From: Nostoc punctiforme PCC 73102 | GTDB lineage: Bacteria > Cyanobacteriota > Cyanobacteriia > Cyanobacteriales > Nostocaceae | Assembly (NCBI RefSeq): GCF_000020025.1 | Contig: NC_010628.1 | Span: 4,350,001 to 4,382,000 of the forward strand | Direction: 5' to 3' | DNA: 32,000 nucleotides | In this document: one piece after another, positions 25,383 through 32,000 of the stretch | How positions within the stretch are numbered: the first letter of the stretch is position 1 | How the letters are laid out: every line of letters starts with the position of its first letter | Program-made: the position numbers and the translations under genes | The notes under the pieces: model-generated | Database searches by the model: none | Told to the model about the DNA's origin: nothing | The model's input: only the letters and a program-made list of their open reading frames with translations

Positions 25383-26095
25383 ATGATTAGCTTTACTATC
25401 TTGGGTGTACCAAATTTTGATTGGCACATTGGTAAATGCTTCTACCATCATCATTATTTTCCCTGCCAACACTGTTTTTTGCTCAGATAGCGCTTTCAAT
25501 TTTTTTCGTAATTCTTCCAGTGTTGACCCGTCTGCTATCCACACTGCACCAAACTTTTGATATATTGGTTGCCACTGTAGTGGTATTTTACTTACCGATG
25601 GTGTTGCCTGGATTTTTTCAATTACTTGCTCAAACACTTGTGCAAATAATTCTGCTGGTAATTTCATCAACCTTTACGATAGTGCTTGTTTGCTTACCAA
25701 CATCGGTTCTACCCACATTAAACCTTCTGTTGCTAGCAACCTCAGTGCTTCGCTTAATCCTGCAATTCGCCTATATACCAGACTCACTACCACTGCCATC
25801 ATCACTGGTAATGTTAGTATTCTGTATCTAAAGTTTGTATTGTCTTTTGTTGATAACTGCCGCAGTGGTTTAAAGCTCGATGGTTCTAGTTATGTGTATA
25901 TTTGTGCTTCTATTTGTTCTATTGCTGGTGCTGGTACTTGGATTTGTCTTCTCAGGTCTGGATTGCTATCTTTTCTCATCCGGGGAGTAGCCATCTTGAC
26001 AACTCCTTTTGTGTTTCTCTCTACTCCCCTAATCTACCTCTTGTTGTTTACTGTTTCCTTAAGTTGACACCCATGACAGCTGTACGCCCCTAAAC
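25383..26095 (-). mobile_element. Truncated IS4-family transposase remnant (N-terminal ~200 codons, two in-frame TAA stops)
   Basis: My translation from ATG 25994 gives MATPRMRKDSNPDLRRQIQVPAPAIEQIEAQIYT*LEPSSFKPLRQL...ILTLPVMMAVVVSLVYRRIAGLSEALRLLATEGLMWVEPMLVSKQALS*RLMKLPAELFAQVF...WIADGSTL...YTQDSKANH. The stops are at 25890-25892 and 25674-25676. Similarity ends near 25383. The element ends are not defined. Confidence 0.6.
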
Positions 26096-26103
26096 ATATT
26101 TAC

Positions 26104-27042
26104 TCACAAAGCTTGTAAAATCTCCTCATCTACAGAGAAATCAACATCAGCCTTATCTTTTGCATTAGCCAAATAATCATTTTCCAGAGAATTTTGTAAC
26201 CCAGAAATCAAATCATATTCAGGATGCCAGTTTAATTCTGTTTGTGCTTTGTTCACCGAAGCAAAGAAATGCTGCACCCGCATCGGAAAAGCTTTGCGTT
26301 TGCCGAAATCAAACTTTTTCGGGTCGTAATGGACGATTTTTGTAGCATCGGGTGATTTGCCAGCCGCTACAGCACTAGCACGGGCTAAACCATCGAAAGT
26401 GACAAAGCGATCGCCAGAGATATTATAAATCTGTCCTATGGCTTGCTTATTACCCAAAATCTGGGTCATTGCTTTTGCCAAGTCTTTGACATGACCCAGC
26501 TGAGTAATATGCAAACCATTTCCGGGGATGGGAATGGGGCGATCGCGCACAATTCTGTCAAAAAACCACCCTTCCAACTCATTATAATTACGAGGCCCGT
26601 AAATATAAGTAGGACGAATGGAAGTAAAGGGCAATCCCAATTGAGTCAAATAAGCTTCCGTTTCATGCTTACCCTTATGGCGACTTTTGGGATCTACTAA
26701 ATCTCCTTCGACATGGGGTAGTTGATCGGATTTGAGATAGACTCCGGCAGAACTCATATACACAAAATGTTGCACTCGACCTTGAAAAATCTCTGCAAGT
26801 GGTTGAGTATCAGTAAGCTCCCGCCCATTATTGTCAAAAATGACATCAAAGCTTTCTTGTGATAACTTTGCTTTTAATTGGGTAGGGTCAGTGCGATCGC
26901 CTATAATTTGTCCTACTCCCTGTAAAGAAGGTGTTGCCCGATTTCCACGATTGAACAGCACCACCTCATGTCCTTGTTCCACTAGTAATTGAGTCAAATA
27001 GATACCAATGAACCGAGTACCACCCATAATTAGAATTCGCAT
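26104..27042 (-). CDS. NAD-dependent epimerase/dehydratase family protein (CSP41-like)
   Basis: Rossmann N-terminus MRILIMGGTRFIG. The length and overall sequence resemble cyanobacterial/chloroplast CSP41-type atypical SDRs. Confidence 0.75.
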   Translation of the reverse strand: MRILIMGGTRFIGIYLTQLLVEQGHEVVLFNRGNRATPSLQGVGQIIGDRTDPTQLKAKLSQESFDVIFDNNGRELTDTQPLAEIFQGRVQHFVYMSSAGVYLKSDQLPHVEGDLVDPKSRHKGKHETEAYLTQLGLPFTSIRPTYIYGPRNYNELEGWFFDRIVRDRPIPIPGNGLHITQLGHVKDLAKAMTQILGNKQAIGQIYNISGDRFVTFDGLARASAVAAGKSPDATKIVHYDPKKFDFGKRKAFPMRVQHFFASVNKAQTELNWHPEYDLISGLQNSLENDYLANAKDKADVDFSVDEEILQAL

Positions 27043-27127
27043 AAACTCACCTTTTCCATATCAGTTGTCGTTACAGGAGTAAGCAGTCAGAAAGGGAGTG
27101 CAAGGTATGAAGAAACAGGGAAATAAT

Positions 27128-27169
27128 AATGCCCCATGCCCCATACCTCATACCCGATGCCCAATGCCC
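27128..27169. repeat. Heptanucleotide tandem repeat (STRR-like), 6 units
   Basis: atgcccc atgcccc atacctc atacccg atgccca atgccca, lying in the divergent intergenic region. Confidence 0.85.
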
Positions 27170-27322
27170 AATCTGAGGTTATCATCCATCTGGAACCTCT
27201 GACGGAAAAATTGCGTCTTATGTGCTAATCTGGGGCGCTTCCCATTAATTAATCACAAGGGGAAACTTTTCAGTTAACGTCATCAAGTTAGCCTTTGTAT
27301 CTTCCATTTATTCAAGTTAGCT

Positions 27323-28477
27323 GTGCCCTTGAAATATGCTCTGGTTCATGAGTGGCTGACACCTAAAGCCACCGGTGGTTCCGAACTCGTTGTACGAGAA
27401 ATTTTGAATCACATTGATGCTGATTTGTATGCTCTGATCGATTTTGAATCCAGCAATAAAGAAAGTTATTTATATAAGCGTCAAATTGGCAAGACGTTTC
27501 TCCAAAACTTTCCTTATGCCCGCAATGGTATACAAAAATACTTGCCTTTGTGGCCTTTGGCAATTGAACAACTTGATTTGCGGCATTACGACATAATTCT
27601 GTCTTCATCTCATGCTGTTGCCAAAGGAATCCTTACCACTCCAGAACAGATGCATATTTGCTACTGTCACAGCCCTATGCGCTATGCCTGGGACTTGACC
27701 TTTGATTATCTGCGTCACAGCAAACTGGGTAGTGGTTTAGCTGGGTGGGTGACGCGATATTTATTGCATCGTTTACGCCAGTGGGATGTATTGAGTGCCA
27801 ATCGCGTTGATTACTTCATTGCTAACTCGCAACATACAGCTCGGCGGATTTGGCGTTGCTATCGACGAGAAGCAACAGTTATTTACCCACCAGTGAATAT
27901 TGCGGAATTTCCATTTCTGTCTGAGAAAGAGGACTTCTACCTGACAGTTTCCCGGTTAGTGAGTTACAAGCAAATATCGTTGATTGTCAAGGCTTTCAAT
28001 CAACTAAAACGACCATTAGTAGTCATTGGTACAGGAGATGAAATGAACAAGATTCGCGAGATGGCAAACTCCAATATCCAAATACTGGGATGGCAACCCG
28101 ATAATGTGGTAAAAAAATATATGTCTAGGGCCAAGGCGTTTGTATATGCAGCTTGTGAAGATTTTGGGATTGCCCTAGTGGAAGCACAAGCTTGTGGTAC
28201 ACCAATAATTGCCTACGGTGCAGGAGGGGCTCTCGAAACAGTGCGAGATATTCGCTCTTGTGTAGATACAGGGACAGGTATATTCTTCAAGACGCAAACA
28301 GAGGCGGCTTTAGTGGAGGCAGTAGAAAAGTTTGAAATGTATGAGGGTTCGTTCAGTTCTGAGTATATGCGATCGCACGCCGCGCAGTTTTCACCGCAAA
28401 TCTTTGCAGATCGTTATCTAAATTTTGTAAACAAGTGCAACGAAAAAGACCGTTTTCGGAATGATGGTCTTGGTTAA
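27323..28477 (+). CDS. Family 4 glycosyltransferase (GT-B, retaining)
   Basis: N-terminal KYALVHEWL and the C-terminal EDFGIALVEAQACGTPIIA (E-x7-E) motif. The start is GTG 27323 or TTG 27329. Confidence 0.85.
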   Translation: MPLKYALVHEWLTPKATGGSELVVREILNHIDADLYALIDFESSNKESYLYKRQIGKTFLQNFPYARNGIQKYLPLWPLAIEQLDLRHYDIILSSSHAVAKGILTTPEQMHICYCHSPMRYAWDLTFDYLRHSKLGSGLAGWVTRYLLHRLRQWDVLSANRVDYFIANSQHTARRIWRCYRREATVIYPPVNIAEFPFLSEKEDFYLTVSRLVSYKQISLIVKAFNQLKRPLVVIGTGDEMNKIREMANSNIQILGWQPDNVVKKYMSRAKAFVYAACEDFGIALVEAQACGTPIIAYGAGGALETVRDIRSCVDTGTGIFFKTQTEAALVEAVEKFEMYEGSFSSEYMRSHAAQFSPQIFADRYLNFVNKCNEKDRFRNDGLG

Positions 28478-28572
28478 TGTCTTATTTTTTTAGGCTTTTG
28501 GCAATTTTCCCCAGAAGCACATCATTTTGGCTTTAATATTGGGACTATGTGTGGTGTGGATTATTAAGGAGT

Positions 28573-29334
28573 ATGATGACTGCCCAGAGCTCACTCCTCT
28601 CCGGCAAGCGAGGCGTACGGCAAGACACTAGAGCGTCTACGCGTACTTTCTTAAAACGCGGTCAAAAAACAAAGACGCCAAAAGTTAAACCCAAAGGTTT
28701 ATCTTTTCAGGGTTTAAACGGAGAGTTTGCCAAACGACTGTTCGATATAGTGTTTTCGCTGTCGGTGTTAATTTTGTTCTTCCCCGTCTACTTAATTTTG
28801 GCCTTGCTAATCGCTCTCAGCTCAGAAGGGCCAATTTTTTATGTCCAAGAACGGGTAGGGAAAAATTACAAAGCGTTTAATTGTATTAAATTCAGAACAA
28901 TGGTAAGCAATGCGGACGAAATCCTCATGCAAATGATGGAAACATCGCCCGAGTTGCGACAAGAATTTGAAAGCAGTTTTAAGCTGAAACAAGACCCCCG
29001 AATTACCAAAATTGGTCAATTTTTGCGAATTACTAGCTTAGACGAATTTCCCCAGTTCTGGAACGTTTTAAAAGGGGACATGAGTGTAGTCGGCCCCCGG
29101 CCCTTAGTAGCAGAAGAGCTGCCAAAATACGGTTGTCACATTGATGAAATTTTAACAATTCGTCCAGGAATTACTGGTTTGTGGCAGGTATCCGGGCGTA
29201 ATGACATTCCCTACCCCCGGCGAGTCCAGATAGACCTGCATTATGTCAAATTTAGGAATTTCTGGCTTGATTTATGGATCATCTTGAAAACTGTGGATGT
29301 AGTTATTTTACCCAAAAATAACGGGGCATACTGA
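28573..29334 (+). CDS. Polyprenyl-phosphate sugar-phosphate transferase (bacterial sugar transferase, WbaP/WecA-unrelated small PGT type)
   Basis: An N-terminal re-entrant helix (FDIVFSLSVLILFFPVYLILALLIAL) is followed by KFRTM, DEFPQFWNVLKGDMSVVGPRP and the PGITGLWQVSGRN motifs. The track start is GTG 28549; ATG 28573/28576 follows a taaggag. Confidence 0.85.
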   Translation: MMTAQSSLLSGKRGVRQDTRASTRTFLKRGQKTKTPKVKPKGLSFQGLNGEFAKRLFDIVFSLSVLILFFPVYLILALLIALSSEGPIFYVQERVGKNYKAFNCIKFRTMVSNADEILMQMMETSPELRQEFESSFKLKQDPRITKIGQFLRITSLDEFPQFWNVLKGDMSVVGPRPLVAEELPKYGCHIDEILTIRPGITGLWQVSGRNDIPYPRRVQIDLHYVKFRNFWLDLWIILKTVDVVILPKNNGAY

Positions 29335-29342
29335 TTTAATAC

Positions 29343-29378
29343 TTAGGGGCGATTCTGTGGGGCAGTTAATGCCCCTAA
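29343..29378 (+). terminator. Possible terminator hairpin after the sugar transferase gene
   Basis: ttaggggc (29343-29350) pairs with gcccctaa (29371-29378). An alternative inner stem is ggggc/gcccc. There is no clean U-tract. Confidence 0.35.
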
Positions 29379-29696
29379 AAATCTGATTTCAAATCTCTAT
29401 TTTATTCAGTCTTCACAAAACCAGACATATATGAAATTTTGACAAAAAACAACGTACACAAAAAGATTCTTGATATATCTAGTAAAAGAAAAATATACAT
29501 ACTTAAACAATCTTGGTCTATCTAAGATTGAGTTTACGTCTTTAATTGCTTTTTATTAAGTATATTTATTTACGGGAAAAAACCTCATAACAACAAGAAC
29601 TCGTAGGTTTCCCATTAGGCAATTTAGCAATTAGCTGCTAGCTTGTATCAAATTGCCTGTAACTTTTTAATCAAAGACAATAAGGGATAATTGAGC

Positions 29697-30776
29697 ATGA
29701 CGCAACAGAAGCGAGCGTTGATTACTGGTATTACTGGTCAAGATGGTTCATATCTAAGTGAGTTTTTACTAGAACAAGGTTATGAGGTTCATGGCATCAT
29801 TCGCCGGACTTCTACCTTCAACACAGACCGCATCGATCACATTTACGAAGACCCCCACAAACAGGGAGTACGGTTGTTTCTTCACTATGGTGACTTGACA
29901 GATGGTACGACGTTGCGACGTATTTTAGAAGAAGTCAAACCAGTAGAGATTTACAACCTCGGCGCTCAATCCCATGTCAGAGTAAGCTTTGATTCACCAG
30001 AATATACGGTGGATGCTGTAGGAATGGGGACGCTGCGTCTGTTGGAAGCAATTCGAGACTACCAACACCGGACTGGAATTCAGGTGCGATTTTACCAGGC
30101 GGGTTCTTCAGAAATGTATGGTTTAGTACAAGCAATACCGCAAAGTGAGACAACGCCCTTTTATCCCCGCAGTCCTTACGCCTGTGCAAAAGTTTACGCC
30201 CACTGGCAAACTGTAAATTATCGTGAGTCCTACGATTTGTTTGCTTGTAACGGCATACTTTTTAACCATGAGTCACCAAGACGTGGTGAAACCTTTGTAA
30301 CCCGCAAAATTACTAGAGCAGTTGCTGGTATAGTTGCTGGTAAGCAAAAAAAGATTTACATGGGTAATCTAGACTCAAAGCGAGATTGGGGCTATGCGAA
30401 GGATTACGTAAAAGCAATGTGGTTGATGTTGCAGCAAGACCAGCCAGACGATTATGTAATTGCTACTGGTGAAACCCATTCAGTGCGAGAATTTTTGGAA
30501 CTAGCATTTAGTTACGTAAATCTCAATTGGCAAGATTATGTAGAGTTTGATGAGCGTTACCTCCGTCCATCTGAGGTAGATTTATTGATTGGCGATGCTA
30601 CCAAAGCACGTCAGAATTTGGGCTGGAAAACATCAGTAACCTTTAAAGAATTAGTTTCCTTAATGGTAGAAGCAGACTTACAAGCATTGGGTCACACTTC
30701 ACCCAATGGAAATGGTTCGCAATTTCCATTAGATATTGCCACTGTTCGTCAAGAACTCGGCGCTTTGCACTTCTGA
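29697..30776 (+). CDS. gmd: GDP-mannose 4,6-dehydratase
   Basis: [31 protein letters not shown], the SSEMYG region, and the NHESPRRG motif are all typical of Gmd. ATG at 29697 (the track start at 29691 is TTG). Confidence 0.92.
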   Translation: MTQQKRALITGITGQDGSYLSEFLLEQGYEVHGIIRRTSTFNTDRIDHIYEDPHKQGVRLFLHYGDLTDGTTLRRILEEVKPVEIYNLGAQSHVRVSFDSPEYTVDAVGMGTLRLLEAIRDYQHRTGIQVRFYQAGSSEMYGLVQAIPQSETTPFYPRSPYACAKVYAHWQTVNYRESYDLFACNGILFNHESPRRGETFVTRKITRAVAGIVAGKQKKIYMGNLDSKRDWGYAKDYVKAMWLMLQQDQPDDYVIATGETHSVREFLELAFSYVNLNWQDYVEFDERYLRPSEVDLLIGDATKARQNLGWKTSVTFKELVSLMVEADLQALGHTSPNGNGSQFPLDIATVRQELGALHF

Positions 30777-30800
30777 ATTTGCAGCACAGAGGATAAAAAT

Positions 30801-31745
30801 ATGACCGCCTTAGAACTAAAAAATCAACGAATTCTCGTCACTGGTGGGTCGGGGTTTCTAGGTCGTCAGGTGATAGATCAACTGTGTAAAGCAGGGGCTG
30901 ATCGTGAGAAGATTACAATACCGCGATCGCGCGATTGCGATCTGCGTGTCTGGGAAAATAGCCAGCGGGCAGTTGACCAGCAAGACATAATTATCCACTT
31001 AGCAGCTCATGTGGGTGGCATCGGTCTAAACCGCGAAAAACCCGCAGAGTTGTTCTACGATAACTTGATCATGGGTACGCACCTGATTCACGCTGCCTAT
31101 CAAGCTGGAGTAGAAAAATTTGTTTGTGTTGGCACTATCTGCGCCTATCCTAAATTTACCCCAGTGCCATTTAAAGAAGACGATCTTTGGAATGGCTACC
31201 CAGAGGAAACTAATGCTCCCTACGGAATTGCGAAAAAAGCGCTTTTAGTTCAATTGCAATCTTACCGCCAGCAATACGATTTTAATGGAATTTACCTACT
31301 GCCAGTTAATTTATATGGTCCAGAAGATAACTTTGACCCCGGAAGTTCCCACGTTATTCCAGCGTTAATTCGCAAAGTTCACGAAGCCCAAATTCAAGGA
31401 GAAAAGCAACTCCCAGTTTGGGGTGATGGCAGTCCCACCCGCGAGTTTCTGTATTCAGAAGATGCAGCACGGGGGATTGTTATGGGAACTCAATTCTATA
31501 ACGAATCAGAACCAGTTAACTTGGGAACAGGTTATGAAATCTCCATTCTTGATTTAATAACTCTAATCTGCGAATTGATGGAGTTTAAGGGTGAAATTGT
31601 TTGGCAAACTGATAAGCCTAATGGTCAACCCCGCCGTTGTTTGGATACTGAACGGGCAAAGCAAGCCTTTAATTTCACAGCTCAGGTGGGCTTTGAGGAA
31701 GGGTTAAAGAATACCATTGAGTGGTATCGTCAACACGCCGCATAA
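30801..31745 (+). CDS. fcl: GDP-L-fucose synthase (GDP-4-keto-6-deoxymannose 3,5-epimerase/4-reductase)
   Basis: [11 protein letters not shown], the catalytic YGIAKKA (YxxxK), a position immediately after gmd, and about 314 aa. Confidence 0.88.
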   Translation: MTALELKNQRILVTGGSGFLGRQVIDQLCKAGADREKITIPRSRDCDLRVWENSQRAVDQQDIIIHLAAHVGGIGLNREKPAELFYDNLIMGTHLIHAAYQAGVEKFVCVGTICAYPKFTPVPFKEDDLWNGYPEETNAPYGIAKKALLVQLQSYRQQYDFNGIYLLPVNLYGPEDNFDPGSSHVIPALIRKVHEAQIQGEKQLPVWGDGSPTREFLYSEDAARGIVMGTQFYNESEPVNLGTGYEISILDLITLICELMEFKGEIVWQTDKPNGQPRRCLDTERAKQAFNFTAQVGFEEGLKNTIEWYRQHAA

Positions 31746-31771
31746 CAATGTACTAGTGAATGTCGGTTGTT

Positions 31772-31803
31772 ATAAGCTGGGCGATGCCCAGCTTATTTGT
31801 TTG
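31772..31803 (+). terminator. Rho-independent terminator after fcl
   Basis: ataagctgggc / gat / gcccagcttat, followed by ttgtttg. Confidence 0.75.
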
Positions 31804-31818
31804 AGGCTATAAATTTTC

Positions 31819-32000
31819 ATGGACAAAGTTAATCATCAACTAAATAAAGCAGAACTACGCCGCACTCTCCTGAAAACACGCCAATCAATATCCGTTAGAG
31901 AATGGAGAGAAAAAAGCGATCGCTTATGCTCTCATTTACAAAACTCTACTTTATTTACCCAAGCAAAAACAATACTTGCGTATTTTAGCTTTCGCCAAGA
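31819..32000 (+). CDS. 5-formyltetrahydrofolate cyclo-ligase, N-terminal part (runs off the window)
   Basis: ATG 31819. MDKVNHQLNKAELRRTLLKTRQSISVREWREKSDRLCSHLQNSTLFTQAKTILAYFSFRQ fits the family N-terminal pattern (K..LR..ll..R..l.......S..i...l.....f..a..i..Y). Confidence 0.6.
   Translation, partial: MDKVNHQLNKAELRRTLLKTRQSISVREWREKSDRLCSHLQNSTLFTQAKTILAYFSFRQ

Noticed and set aside
25436-26093. Plus-strand ORFs 25436-25831, 25690-26067 and 25902-26093 with hydrophobic translations
   Set aside because: They lie opposite the IS4-type transposase remnant, whose minus-strand translation has recognisable family similarity. The plus-strand products are low-complexity.
1-32000. tRNA, rRNA or other canonical RNA genes in the intergenic regions
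   Set aside because: I found no T-loop (GGTTCGAATCC-like) or cloverleaf-compatible segment by eye. A tRNAscan/Rfam run would be needed to be certain.

Overview
This 32-kb window looks like chromosome from a filamentous, Nostocales-type cyanobacterium. I count about two dozen HIP1 octamers (GCGATCGC; e.g. 1100-1107, 2242-2249, 3128-3135, 19360-19367, 19581-19588). It also has heptamer and 21-bp tandem repeats, pentapeptide-repeat coding sequence and cyanobacteria-typical gene families. About 24 ORFs look real. In order they are: a membrane-anchored Ser/Thr kinase with a repeat-rich linker; a PGM1-like ATP-grasp protein; an SDR oxidoreductase; a 1162-aa PA14x3 / Calx-beta x2 / PQQ-type sugar-dehydrogenase protein behind a 1.3-kb AT-rich gap; a minus-strand cluster (small Trypco2-like protein, GT2 glycosyltransferase, two tandem TVP38/DedA paralogs, CxxxxC flavoprotein disulfide reductase); a 924-aa caspase + STAND NTPase + TM helix + pentapeptide-repeat protein divergent from that cluster; a DUF2808-like secreted protein; a DoxX-like protein; an orphan Lhr-like DExH helicase; an SMP-30/gluconolactonase; a decayed patch (SMI1/KNR4 pseudogene, orphan ORF fragment, IS4-type transposase remnant, all carrying in-frame stops); and a glycan cluster (CSP41-like epimerase, GT4, polyprenyl-P sugar transferase, gmd, fcl) followed by the start of a 5-formyl-THF cyclo-ligase gene. 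The best candidate for an uncharacterised system is the divergent pair at 15854-19166, a Trypco2-like small protein next to a membrane-spanning caspase-STAND-pentapeptide protein. It resembles predicted protease-armed NTPase conflict systems, and here its small partner is translationally coupled to a GT2-TVP38-TVP38 membrane module. All family assignments come from motif reading and memory. No searches were run.
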